Source of the DNA: Myxococcales bacterium
GTDB taxonomy: Bacteria > Myxococcota_A > Polyangia > Polyangiales > DASUME01
Reading direction: 5' to 3'
Assembly: GCA_047601445.1 (NCBI GenBank)
Contig: JASGJH010000001.1
Location: forward strand, 9,344,001 to 9,408,000
DNA: 64,000 nt
Positions 39,833 to 50,114 of this stretch are shown piece by piece (the first letter of the stretch is position 1; each line of letters starts with the position of its first letter). The notes under the pieces are model-generated. The model worked only from the letters and a program-made list of their open reading frames with translations, searched no databases and was not told the origin of the DNA. Both the position numbers and the translations under genes were made by a program.

Positions 39833-40258
39833 ATGCTGAGCAACCCCCCAACGACCCGCGCCTCCCTCTTCAAGCCGCTGCCTCAGTTCAAGAGCACTTG
39901 GCCGGCCGGCGGTTGGAGCTGGGACCGTCGGTTCGCGTGCCTTGCCTCGACCATCTCGCAAGGCAGCTCCGCCGAGGGCTGGCGTATTGCGCAGACCCTG
40001 TTTCCCCACGTCTGGGATAGCCGGACGGTGGCCACGGCCCCGGCCAGCGTGACCAAGGTCTCCGTGGAAACCGGCGGCGTGCGCGCGGGACAGTTTCTGT
40101 TTTCCACCGCTGCCGTGGACGACCTGCTGCTCTACGGACTTTGGTGGCCCTGGGGCGAAGAGGGCAGCAACATCTCGATGCGCATCGGCCTGACCGGCAG
40201 TCCCACGCGCGATGAGCTCATCAAGCTGCGCAGCGCGTTCAACGTGCACGACGAGTAG
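39833..40258 (+). CDS. Hypothetical protein
   Basis: Coding-like ORF; Trp-rich motifs GWSWD and GLWWPWG. Confidence 0.65.
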   Translation: MLSNPPTTRASLFKPLPQFKSTWPAGGWSWDRRFACLASTISQGSSAEGWRIAQTLFPHVWDSRTVATAPASVTKVSVETGGVRAGQFLFSTAAVDDLLLYGLWWPWGEEGSNISMRIGLTGSPTRDELIKLRSAFNVHDE

Positions 40259-40333
40259 CCCCGCGATGGCCGCGACGAGGACCTGCAATCCTTCGTCGTG
40301 GGGCCAAGCGATTCGGGCTACCTTCCCCGCACC

Positions 40334-41554
40334 ATGCGCCCAGAACCGTCCCAAGCAGTCGCTCCCTTCATCGCCCTGGGCCGCAGCCTGGACGCCGCCT
40401 TCCGCCGCATTAACTACGCTGATGACGCCTTCTCCGGGCTCGCGACCGAGCACCTGGAGCGTGCCGGGCTGCACGAATCCTTCGACTTGCGCGAACTCGC
40501 CCGCTGGGCACTCCTCACGTCGGACCTGCCCCAGCAAGCCGATCTCTTGGCGGAGTTCGGGCAGCCCCCTCTGACCTTGTGGAACGGCCGCCGCTTCCAT
40601 ATCGCGCTTCTCGTTTGGCGGAACAGCACGACCACGATCCATCAGCACGCGTTCGCGGGGGCGTTTCAGGTGTTGCAAGGCGGCAGCATGCACACGCGCT
40701 ACGCGTTCGAGCCGAGCTGTTGGCTCACCGAGGAGCTCGGTTTTGGCGCACTGCGTTGCCTGGGGTCAGAGCGTCTGGTGCGTGGGGATGTGCGGCCGAT
40801 TGAGTCGGCCGCGGGCGGCATCCACGCGCTCTTCCACCTGGAGCATCCGTCGGTCTCTCTGGTGGTGCGCACGCACACCGATAAGCGCCAAGCGATCCAA
40901 TACGACTATGACCATCCAGGCGTCGCCAAGAATCCCTTTCGCTCCGACCCCCAGCAAGTCCGCGCTCTTCAGCTCGCGCGGATGCTGCTGCGCACCGATC
41001 GGGCCGCCGCCGAGGAGTTGCTCGACGAGTACTTGGAGCAGGCCACGGTGGCGGACGCTTTCGAGCACCTCGATCGGCTTGCAGGTGCGGGTGAATACAC
41101 GCTCGCCCAGCGACTGCTGAGACGCATCGAAGGGCGCTTCGCAGGGTTTGCGGAACAGGTGGAGGCTGCGCTCTCGGGGATCCACCGCACGAACTTCTTG
41201 GTCGGCAAGCGCGACGCGGTGCGTGAGCCTGAGCTGCGTTACTTCTTGGCCATCCTGCTCAACGCACCGAACGCCCAAGAGGTCCGGCGTCTAGCCTCGG
41301 CCTTCGCGCCAGAGCGGGCTCCAGGCGAGACCCTTACCACTTGGCTCGAGAGCTTGAGTAAGGTGAAGCTCAAGCTGCAGGCGGGTGGCCTGCCGTGGGA
41401 GCCGAACATCTTCGGGCTGCCAGAGCCCGATGCCGCGTCGCTGTCGTTGCTGCGGCGCGCCCTTTCCGGAGAGGCGCTCGAGCCTGACCAGTCGACGCCA
41501 TTTTTTCGCGCCGTCCGCGCGGACCCTATCTTCGCACCGCTCTTTCGCGAATAG
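40334..41554 (+). CDS. Hypothetical protein with a cupin-like metal site (HxH...H)
   Basis: TTIHQHAFAGAFQVLQG and GIHALFH, followed by a helical C-terminal domain. Confidence 0.6.
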   Translation: MRPEPSQAVAPFIALGRSLDAAFRRINYADDAFSGLATEHLERAGLHESFDLRELARWALLTSDLPQQADLLAEFGQPPLTLWNGRRFHIALLVWRNSTTTIHQHAFAGAFQVLQGGSMHTRYAFEPSCWLTEELGFGALRCLGSERLVRGDVRPIESAAGGIHALFHLEHPSVSLVVRTHTDKRQAIQYDYDHPGVAKNPFRSDPQQVRALQLARMLLRTDRAAAEELLDEYLEQATVADAFEHLDRLAGAGEYTLAQRLLRRIEGRFAGFAEQVEAALSGIHRTNFLVGKRDAVREPELRYFLAILLNAPNAQEVRRLASAFAPERAPGETLTTWLESLSKVKLKLQAGGLPWEPNIFGLPEPDAASLSLLRRALSGEALEPDQSTPFFRAVRADPIFAPLFRE

Positions 41555-41572
41555 ACGTCGCCCCCGCGATGC

Positions 41573-43181
41573 CTAGCGCAGCAGCTCGAGTAAGTCTTTC
41601 CGCGCAAACGGAGCTGCCTCGTCAGGCCCTGCGTCGGTCGCCGGCGCGGTCGCCCGTGCACGCGCGAGGGCTTGAATGGAGAGGGCACGCTTCCAGACAC
41701 GCTCTTGCGACTCACCGGCGACCCTCGACGCATGTTCCGCCGCGGTGATCGCCATCGGCCAATCGGATAGTCCGAGCGCAGCGACGGCCGCCGTGAGGTA
41801 ACAACGGCTGCAGCGTCTGTCTCTGGCGACCGCTGCGCGCGCGAAGCCAAGGGCTTGAGCATGGTTTCCTTGAGCCAGCGCACAGCGAGCGAGCAGGTCC
41901 TTCTCGAAGGCGCTCCGCCCCTCGGCCAAGCCCGCCGCGAGCTCCGCCAGATGGCTCGGTGGGGGCGCGTCAGCGGGCGCTCTCGATAGATGCGCCAGTT
42001 CTACAGCGATGGCCGCAGCGGTGGTCCGGCTGCTCGGTCGGGCCTCTCGCCATTCGCGCGCACGCAGGCGTGCATCACCGATTCTTTTCTTCGTGAACCA
42101 AGAGCTCTAGCTCGAGCTCCCGCAAGCGAGGGGCGTACGCGTCGATGGCGAGGCCGAGCTGTAGATGTTGTCGCGCGCGCTCGGGTTGCTCCTTGATGAT
42201 CCAGAGTTCTGCCCAGGTCGCCTGGCCTTCGGCGAGGTTCTCGGGCGCCGAGGCGATGCGAGGCCGGAACCCCTGGTCGATGGGCACGCTACGCGTGGAG
42301 ATCGCGTCGGGGTCGATGCTGCTCTTGATCACGGCAGCGAGGTCGATCTCGCCGAAGGCGGCCTCGAGGGCAACCTCTGCGTCCGTACCCTGGGCCAGCT
42401 CTCGTAAATAGGTCAAATAGCTCCGAAGCAGCGGCCCGTCGTCGAACTGCATCGCGCGTACTGCCAACGAGGCCAAGGCGTAGTGAGCGTTCGAGATCTC
42501 GCCAGCCGCAGCGTCCCCCTCGGCGTGGAACGTGCTCGAATCCATGCTGAACAGCGCAGGCGCGTGGGCCAAGAACGATGCCGGCACCAGAATGACTTCG
42601 CGGTTCTCGAACCAGACCTGCTCCCATCGCTCCTGCTCGGAGAGCACGAACTTGGGCGTTCCAACCACCAGCGTGTCGTCCACGGGATAGGCGGTCTCCA
42701 TGAACGTGGCCACCCCTTCGGTTAGCCAGATGGGAGGCTCGGGAATGCACCGATGCAGCAGCCGATGCGCGATCTCGTGCTTGAACGTGGCGAGCTTTTC
42801 CGGGCCGTCGTTGGGAGACAGTACGATGACGGAGTGACTCTCGGCGATCTCGAAGTTCGGCGTTGCGTGGTAGCCGATTGCATTCTCCGGGGCGACCGCA
42901 TGAAAGTCGTCCCAGTCGCCGAGCATCACCACCTCCACCAGGACGTCATTCGTCCGATGCTTGCACGGCATGACTTGGGCGAACATCGCGTAGACGGTTT
43001 GCATCTGTTCTGCCCAAGCACGCGTGTCTGCCAGCGTGTCGTTGCTGCGCAAGCGGATGTCCTGGGTCTCGACGAGATGCCAGCTTTGGCGAAGCGGCAG
43101 CTTGCTCGACCCGGCACAGCCCACCAGCCAGGTCAGACAAACCACGTAGAACCAGATGGATGGGTACGGCCGACGGATCAA
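41573..43181 (-). pseudogene. HExxH zincin-like (DUF1570-like) lipoprotein with a TPR-like C-terminus; frameshifted near 42086
   Basis: Lipobox LVGC; FKHEIAH and WLTEGVA. Removing one base from the T4 run at 42085-42088 gives an open frame into ORF 41573-41929. Start uncertain (TTG 43181). Confidence 0.65.
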
Positions 43182-43568
43182 AGGACAACGAAGCACGGGC
43201 GGGATTGTTGGGGCGCCATGCTTCGCCGCAACTGCATGCAACGGGTGATTCGCGTCAAATCCCGCGTTGTCACGGACTCGCCTTCCGTGCGTCAAATGGA
43301 CGTCGCCTGCTGGTCACGTCCCATTTTGAAGCGAGCTCGGTACTCGAGCGGCGGCACGCCACTCACCCCGTCAAAAGAGCTTGCACCTGGTTCTCCGTCT
43401 TCCCGAATTCTTCTCGAAGACCTCAAGGTCTGCGGTTGGACAGGGGACCGAGCATCGCTAATTAGTTGGTCGAGCGGTTCGCACACCTGAGCGTTGTAGA
43501 TTTCAGCAGTAGTCTGGTCGATTTCTTCTCTCCCATCCGCTTCGAACGCAAACCTGGGTGATCCGCGA

Positions 43569-43591
43569 GCATGAATGCGTGACATTCATGC
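43569..43591. promoter_or_regulatory. Palindromic operator/enhancer-like site
   Basis: GCATGAATG-N5-CATTCATGC upstream of the sigma54 activator gene. Confidence 0.45.
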
Positions 43592-43705
43592 GTGCCGGAG
43601 CGAATCTACGAGTTGGTACGTCGTCTGAGTACGAGACTGCTTGGACAGGGCTGTCAGTGTCCATGGGTCATCGTTCTGGCTCTGATTTAGAGGCACGACC
43701 TCCCC

Positions 43706-45445
43706 ATGACAGACTCTGCGCACGACAAGATAACGGGCGAGCGAGCATTGGCGTTGGCTTCGGCCGAATTCCAGACCTCTCGAGCTGTGCTGGTCATCCA
43801 CGCTGCTGCGGGGCCACGGGTGGTCGAACTGCCTCGCGATGGCACCTTGCTCGTGGGGCGTCGTTGGCCGTCGGACGTCGTCTTGGACGACACGAGCCTC
43901 TCTCGGCAACACGCGAACTTCGCCTGGGTGGGTGCGGAGGTCTGGGTCGAGGACCTGGTCTCGCGCAACGGCGTCGTGGTGGGAGGACTGCGCGTCAAAC
44001 GCGCTCGCGTCAAACCCGGGCAGCACGTTCTGCTCGGAGATGTGCACGTGTCACTGCACCTGGTCGCGCCTTCCCACGCCATTCTCAGCGGGTTCGACAC
44101 CTTCGAGCAGTGGCACTCCCATTTGTGCGAGGAGATCGAACGAGCGCGAATCCTGGACGATCAGCTCGCCGTGCTGATGTTTTGCGGCGTCGGACATGAC
44201 GTGGAGCACGCGTGCCGCATGCTGCGCGAGCGGATACGCCCGCTCGATCGACTCGCGTTCGTACAGGATGGCCGGGTGCTGATCATGCTCCCCTCCATCG
44301 CGCCCCCGCAGGCCAGCAAGCTATTCAAGGAACTCCTGGGTGTGCTCACTGAGTGCGGACGATTTTCAGGCGGCATGGCGTGCTTTCCAGAGGCCGAAAA
44401 TGCAGAGGAACTGGTAGCCGCCGCACGGCATCGCTGCGACCACGATCTCCCAGAAGTCGTCGCGCGCCCGAGTACGCAGCCGCCGACCGCGGAGCTGTCA
44501 GACGCCGAAGCGGCCAAAATGGCTCGGGTGATGCGGCTCGCAGACCAGGCCGCCGTGGTCAACGTCCCCGTGCTCATCACAGGGGAAACCGGGGTCGGCA
44601 AGGAGGTTCTCGCGCGGCGCATTCATCAGCAAAGTGGTCGCATGGGGCCGCTCAAGGCAGTCAACTGCGCGGCCATCCCGGCCTCACTGGTGGAGAGCGT
44701 GCTCTTCGGGCACGTCAAGGGCGCCTTCACCGGCGCCGATCGAGCGTCGCTCGGCGTGTTCAGGACCGCGGAGCGCGGCACCGTGCTGCTCGACGAGATC
44801 GGGGACCTGCCGCTGCCCGCGCAGGCGGCCCTGTTGCGCACGCTCGAGTCCAAGACCGTCACGCCGGTCGGGAGCGCTGCAGAGGTCGAAGTGGACTTCA
44901 GGTTGATCGCTGCCACGCATCGAGACCTCGAAGCGATGGCGGTCCGCGGCGAGTTCCGGTCTGACCTCCTCTATCGAATCAACGCCATTACGTTGTTCAT
45001 TCCACCCCTGCGAGAGCGCGGTCACGAGATCGATGACCACGCCATCCAGTTCATGGAGACGGCGGCACGGGGCTGGGGAAAGTCCGTCCACAAGATTGGC
45101 CCCAAGGTTCTCGAGCGTCTGCGCGCCTACCCATGGCCGGGCAATCTGCGCGAACTGCGCAATGTGATCGAGCATGCAGTGGTGGTGGCAGAGGGGCCGA
45201 TCATCCAGCTTTCGGACCTGCCGGCCCGTCTTCAACCCGACGCCGAGGCCGAGCTGGACAGCAGCGACTCACGGCAGGCCGACGGGGCGTTTCGAGAGCG
45301 GGTGCGGAGCTACGAGACCCGGGTGATCCGGGAGGCGTTGAGCTGCTCCGATGGCAATGTCACCCGCGCAGCCTCGCAGCTGCAGTTGCCACTGCGCACG
45401 CTGGTGTACAAGATGCGCCTCTACGGCGTCCGACGCTCGGACTGA
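43706..45445 (+). CDS. Sigma54-dependent enhancer-binding protein with FHA domain
   Basis: FHA (VGR, SRQH, SRNG), a degenerate GGDEF-like middle, Walker A GETGVGKE, GAFTGA, WPGNLREL and a Fis-type HTH. Confidence 0.93.
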   Translation: MTDSAHDKITGERALALASAEFQTSRAVLVIHAAAGPRVVELPRDGTLLVGRRWPSDVVLDDTSLSRQHANFAWVGAEVWVEDLVSRNGVVVGGLRVKRARVKPGQHVLLGDVHVSLHLVAPSHAILSGFDTFEQWHSHLCEEIERARILDDQLAVLMFCGVGHDVEHACRMLRERIRPLDRLAFVQDGRVLIMLPSIAPPQASKLFKELLGVLTECGRFSGGMACFPEAENAEELVAAARHRCDHDLPEVVARPSTQPPTAELSDAEAAKMARVMRLADQAAVVNVPVLITGETGVGKEVLARRIHQQSGRMGPLKAVNCAAIPASLVESVLFGHVKGAFTGADRASLGVFRTAERGTVLLDEIGDLPLPAQAALLRTLESKTVTPVGSAAEVEVDFRLIAATHRDLEAMAVRGEFRSDLLYRINAITLFIPPLRERGHEIDDHAIQFMETAARGWGKSVHKIGPKVLERLRAYPWPGNLRELRNVIEHAVVVAEGPIIQLSDLPARLQPDAEAELDSSDSRQADGAFRERVRSYETRVIREALSCSDGNVTRAASQLQLPLRTLVYKMRLYGVRRSD

Positions 45446-45541
45446 GAGCGCCCTGGGTGGTCCGTCGAGCCGTCGTGAGTGCGCCCGATCTGCCATCCGC
45501 TCGCGAGCGAAGGACGATCGGGCGCTAGGTAGAGCGCAGAC

Positions 45542-46003
45542 TCAGAACAGCCGGGAACCCACGGTCACGTCGTAGCCGATCAGCGTGTCACCCGAGTTGC
45601 AGTAGATGGTGAGGTCGCCGTAGGTGGTGCCACCGCCGCTATCTTGGTCAAAGTAGTTGTCATCGTGCTGCGGGTAGGTGGAGCCATCCGGCCTGCGGCA
45701 GGTCGTGTTCATGATGCGATGAAAGCCCCCGCGGCTCGAGGTCGTGTTGTAGAACAAGCGATCGCGGCTGTGTCGCTTGCTCACTTGGCCTCGCACGAAC
45801 GCATCGCACGCGGCGCCACCCGGAATCGGGCACGCGCCGTCGGCTTGCTGGATCGGGCTCCAGACTTCCCACGCGTCCGCGGCGTTGAACAAGAACGTGA
45901 ACTGGACGGGATTTCGCACCTGGGCCGAGGCCGAGTGCGCCAAGGTAAGCAGGCCAGCGGCTGCAGCGAGCATCGCCGCGACCTTTCCAATTGATTTGAT
46001 CAT
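45542..46003 (-). CDS. Secreted hypothetical protein
   Basis: AGGAG RBS; Sec signal ending ASA-Q; four Cys in the mature part. Confidence 0.75.
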   Translation of the reverse strand: MIKSIGKVAAMLAAAAGLLTLAHSASAQVRNPVQFTFLFNAADAWEVWSPIQQADGACPIPGGAACDAFVRGQVSKRHSRDRLFYNTTSSRGGFHRIMNTTCRRPDGSTYPQHDDNYFDQDSGGGTTYGDLTIYCNSGDTLIGYDVTVGSRLF

Positions 46004-46116
46004 GCTGATTCTCCTAGTTGTCTAATGTCGGATCGCGTCCGCCCGAGAACGAGCGCGACCAAACTCCGCAGTGGGCGAGCGACGGCGCCAATCGGTGGCG
46101 GCGGCTCGTGTACGAC

Positions 46117-48510
46117 TCAGAGCAAGTGGCTTGGTTCGCCAACTTCGGGAGGCGTTGGGGACGGGTCCTGCAGGATCAGTCTGACGTCGTCGAGCGTCTG
46201 ACCTGGTCCCAGGTCGACTTCACGTGCGGCATGTCGGCCGGCTTCGTCCATGGCGCTCACGAACAGGCGGCCAGGGCTCACGTTGGCGAACTCCCAGCTG
46301 CCGTCGGGCTTGACGAAGATGGCGCGCGTCCACCCTGTCTCGAGCACGCTGAGTTGAATCGAGGTCTGCGCCAAAGGCTTGCCATTGGAACCGAATGCGC
46401 TGCCGCGCAATGTACCTAGGGCATCCAAGCGGAGTGTGACGTCGCTGCCAGTCGGAACCCGGCTTTGCTGCGTGGTGCTTCCGCTGAGCTCTTCCGCGCG
46501 CAGGAGAAAGAGGCTGCCGGAACTCAGGCGGTCGACTCGGAAGCGACCCTCGAGGTCGGTCAGCACGCGGCGCTCCCCGCCGAGACTCCGTGTGAGCCTC
46601 GCCGATAGCTCCGCACCGGGAGCGTCGTACGACGCCGTCACCCAGACGTTGGGCTTGGGTTCTCCGGCCGCGTCGACAACGCGGCCTGAAATGCTGGCGC
46701 TGCGCTCGAGCACGGCCGATAGCTCGAGCTGGTTCCCTTCTCGGACGACGACCGCCGAGTCAGTGCCACCGACGATGGAGGGCGGATTGGTGCCATCTTC
46801 GATCGACACTCGATAGCGACCAGGTTCGAGTGGACCGACGCGGTAGCGACCGTCGCCCACGGGGTTACCTGTCTTGGCTCGGCCGACGGAGGTTGCCACC
46901 AATGTGATGCCCTCCACGGCTTCGCCGTCGGACCCCTTGACCGACACCGTGATCGATGCGGTTCCGGCGAGCTTCAGGCGGGCATCGACCTTGCCCATGC
47001 CTTCCCGGAGCTCGACCGTCGTGGGCTCGCCTCGAGTGTGGCCGTGGGGAGAGATGACATAGGTGCCCGGTCTCAACGTCGCCGCATACTCGTAGTACCC
47101 ACGCTCGTCAGTCGTGGCGATCATCACGCCTGGGGCCGCATCAGGAGGCTGAGGAAGCTGAAGGCTGAAGTGGGCATAGGGAACGGGTTCTCCGCGCTGA
47201 TCCACCACGCTGATGGAGAGTCCGAGTCCAGGGCCCACCTTCCATTGCAGATCCGCGAGATCACGGTTGCTGACGTCCAACGTGGAGGGGCCCTCGAGCA
47301 AGACCTTGTCACGACAGTAGACGTCCACGGCGTAGCGGCCCGGCGGAACCCCCGGGAACGTTACGCGACCATCCGATTCGATGATTGCACTCAGGGTCGG
47401 CAGCTCGACCGTTGCGTCTTCTGCCGGGAACATTCTGACGTGGCCGCTGCTGCAGGCGGCGCTGGTCGCTCGATCGAACACGCGCCCTCGTACAGAGGAG
47501 CAGGGGGAGACCACGACCCAGATACGTTGCGCGGAATCGGCCACATCGAGCATGACTGGTTCCAACGAGCGTCCCTGGACGTGATCGCCTTCGGCGCTCA
47601 GCACATAGGAGCCGGGCGTGACGCCGTTGATCAGAAAGTGCCCCTCCGAATCGCTCGGAAGCGACGGCTCCGAGGGCCGACCCATGCCGGTGGTGGGCAA
47701 GGCTGAGACCACCACGCCTTCCACTGGCTTGCCATCACCGTACGTCACGACGGTTCCAGCCACGGTCGCTTGAGGCATCAACACGAGCTGCACACCCGAA
47801 GCAGGCGCGACCCAGTTCAGATAGCCCACGGTGTATCCGTCGGCCCAGGCGGTGAGGGAGATCTCCCCTGGCGGCATCGACAAAGCGAAGCGACCCTCGT
47901 CGTCTGTCTCGCCGCGCACCCGGGCGCGCGGTGTGCCGCCGCCGACGATTTGCACGCCGGCGTGGGCCACAGGTCCTCCAGTCGCATCAACGACGAGCCC
48001 GGAGACGCTCGTGCCGCCTCCGCGTAACACCATATCGACGCCATCTTTTCGGGTGTTCTCGGCCAGGTGGATTGCCGCGGCTCCATTGGCGACGCTGGGC
48101 AAGAAGCCGAGGGCAGAAGCATGTACGAAGTAGACGCCGGAGCTCAGTTGGCTCAACGCAAAGACGCCTGAAGCGTCCGTCGCGACGCACCGATGGGTTG
48201 CCAGAGACGCTTCGACGGAGCTGAACGCGCACACGGAAGCGGCAGCGATCGGTGCGCCCTTGTCGTCGAGGACGCGACCGCTCAGCGCACTCGAAGAGTC
48301 GGGAGGATCACCAGGGCCGCGCGGCGCGCGAATGGCAGGGTAGCGGGTGCCTGAGGTCTCTTGTGTCTGGTTCTCGTCCGAAGGGAGAATCAACCAGGTC
48401 GAGAGTGCCAGTAGCGATAGGCCCGCTAGCAACAAGCCGCTCTTCCCGGCGACCGGTCCGCGATGATCCTGCTCGTCGTCTGCGTTGCCGCGATTCTTGG
48501 TCACAGTCAC
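46117..48510 (-). CDS. Membrane-anchored carboxypeptidase-regulatory-like (beta-sandwich) repeat protein
   Basis: N-terminal TM helix followed by about 8 repeats of the type GRVVDxxGxPV...TDxxGxF...PGxY. Start placed at GTG 48510/48504, downstream of the sigma54 promoter. Confidence 0.85.
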   Translation of the reverse strand: MTVTKNRGNADDEQDHRGPVAGKSGLLLAGLSLLALSTWLILPSDENQTQETSGTRYPAIRAPRGPGDPPDSSSALSGRVLDDKGAPIAAASVCAFSSVEASLATHRCVATDASGVFALSQLSSGVYFVHASALGFLPSVANGAAAIHLAENTRKDGVDMVLRGGGTSVSGLVVDATGGPVAHAGVQIVGGGTPRARVRGETDDEGRFALSMPPGEISLTAWADGYTVGYLNWVAPASGVQLVLMPQATVAGTVVTYGDGKPVEGVVVSALPTTGMGRPSEPSLPSDSEGHFLINGVTPGSYVLSAEGDHVQGRSLEPVMLDVADSAQRIWVVVSPCSSVRGRVFDRATSAACSSGHVRMFPAEDATVELPTLSAIIESDGRVTFPGVPPGRYAVDVYCRDKVLLEGPSTLDVSNRDLADLQWKVGPGLGLSISVVDQRGEPVPYAHFSLQLPQPPDAAPGVMIATTDERGYYEYAATLRPGTYVISPHGHTRGEPTTVELREGMGKVDARLKLAGTASITVSVKGSDGEAVEGITLVATSVGRAKTGNPVGDGRYRVGPLEPGRYRVSIEDGTNPPSIVGGTDSAVVVREGNQLELSAVLERSASISGRVVDAAGEPKPNVWVTASYDAPGAELSARLTRSLGGERRVLTDLEGRFRVDRLSSGSLFLLRAEELSGSTTQQSRVPTGSDVTLRLDALGTLRGSAFGSNGKPLAQTSIQLSVLETGWTRAIFVKPDGSWEFANVSPGRLFVSAMDEAGRHAAREVDLGPGQTLDDVRLILQDPSPTPPEVGEPSHLL

Positions 48511-48596
48511 CCTCGCTGCCTTCGGTCTGCACTCGCGCTGCGCCTTGGCCCGGACCGCGATGGGCGGACAGGCGAAAGCTCCTGGGCCTGCGCCTG

Positions 48597-48612
48597 AGCA
48601 ACCGCCATGCCA
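48597..48612 (-). promoter_or_regulatory. Sigma54 -24/-12 promoter
   Basis: Minus strand TGGCATGGCGGTTGCT, near consensus TGGCAC-N5-TTGC; a GCAA-N4-TTGC dyad lies upstream at 48679-48690. Confidence 0.75.
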
Positions 48613-48866
48613 CGCGCAAAAAGACGATGTTCTTCGGGATTGCATGGTGCTGCTCGGGCTCCGAGGAGCGAGAGCCACGCAACTTCTTGCTCGCTTGCCC
48701 AAGCAAGCAATTGCGCGCACAGGCTTCGATCCGCGAATCGCGTTTCGACGAATCACCCCATCGACCACCGAGCGTCTCCCGTCCGCCGAGGAGAAGGGCG
48801 TGGGAGAGAATGCGCTTGGCAGCACCAACGCCTGCCGGGTGACGCGGGAAAGTCGGCGCGAACTAG

Positions 48867-49877
48867 CTACTGGTAGCGCCGCGAGAGCTTCGTCCACTGG
48901 TGATTGCCGTAGACCCAGTCGCACAGGCCGCGCATGTACGCGACCTCGCGGGGGCTGGTGTCGGGGGCGCAAGTGAACGTCTCGAGCGCGCGGTCGAAGG
49001 CCGCGAGGTCCGAGTTGTAGAGTTGCACGGCGTCGGCAAAGGCCTGTTCCGCCGTGAGCGCGCGCTCGCGCATGATGACGGCGACCAGGTTGTGTGGGTC
49101 GTGAGCGTGCTGCTCCTTGTGGAAGGAGTAGAGATCATTCGTCCATGCGCAAAGGCTGGACGCGGCGTCGCGCAGCCCGCAATAGCTCTCTTTTTGCACC
49201 ATCGTCGAGTCGAGCGGCTGCTCGAGGGTCAGCTCGATCAGATCGAAGACCGGCAACGCGCCGACGCTCCAGCGCCGCAGCGAGCGGTACACCGGGAGGC
49301 TCGGGTAACGCCCAGTGCTGCGGTAGGGAAACTCCAGCAAGCATCCCTCGAAGTAGAGACGCAGACTGTAGCCGAAGCGCTGGAGCACGCTCTCTCCGCC
49401 GAGGTGCGAGATACGCGCGCGCAGATCGGCGAGCGCGCCATGGAAGGGCGACGGCGCGGCGGGCAGTTCACCGTGGAAGATCAACTCTTCGAAGGTCCTG
49501 AGCGTTGCCTCGAGCGTGCGGACATCGCCGCAGCGCTCGCCGTACGCGTCGTCGAAGAGGTAGAGCCAGCCAATCAGATTCGCGCCGAGCTCCACGAGCT
49601 CCGAGGAGGCGCGCGGGTAGGTGTGGGCCGCAAAGCTGCCGCAGTGAATGGCCGCAAAACGCTCCAAGGACGGTCCATCCACCAACAAAAGCTCGGCCAC
49701 CCAAGCCAAAGCCTGCTTCTCGGCCGCGTCGAGGTGAGCGCTGGGTTCGACCTGCGGAGTCCGGACCAGGTCGGCGCTGAGTTCCACCAATCGTCGGCGC
49801 TGAGCCCCCTCGGACATCGAGGCAGACGAGGGCGAACGCTCGCCCGACGAGGGCGCGGACATGGGCTCGATCGGCAT
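48867..49877 (-). CDS. Class I terpene synthase
   Basis: Variant aspartate-rich motif FDDAYGE, pyrophosphate-sensor region RRWSVGA, NSE motif NDLYSFHKE and C-terminal WxxxxxRY. Confidence 0.88.
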   Translation of the reverse strand: MPIEPMSAPSSGERSPSSASMSEGAQRRRLVELSADLVRTPQVEPSAHLDAAEKQALAWVAELLLVDGPSLERFAAIHCGSFAAHTYPRASSELVELGANLIGWLYLFDDAYGERCGDVRTLEATLRTFEELIFHGELPAAPSPFHGALADLRARISHLGGESVLQRFGYSLRLYFEGCLLEFPYRSTGRYPSLPVYRSLRRWSVGALPVFDLIELTLEQPLDSTMVQKESYCGLRDAASSLCAWTNDLYSFHKEQHAHDPHNLVAVIMRERALTAEQAFADAVQLYNSDLAAFDRALETFTCAPDTSPREVAYMRGLCDWVYGNHQWTKLSRRYQ

Positions 49878-50114
49878 AGGTGAAAATTCCCCTCCGCGAA
49901 CCCTACTCAATCCTCAGAAGAATGGAATCGACTGAGGCGGGGCCGAGGGGAGGGCGGGGGGAGGCTGCAGGCGTCGAACGGCGACCGGAGCTGAGTGGTC
50001 TCGATGGGTTACGCCATCGTTCGCGCAGGCAAGATAGGCGTGCCACCATCCGCTGGTTCAGCCTGCTGACTGAGCTTGGATCGGAGCGAGAAAGAGGGCG
50101 CCCTCTTGTGAGCT

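Noticed and set aside
48511..48972. N-terminal extensions in the ORF track (also 5854-6168, 10294-10755, 31813-33495, 39531-39851)
   Set aside because: They overlap promoters or neighbouring genes and look non-coding; downstream starts fit signal peptides and RBSs better.
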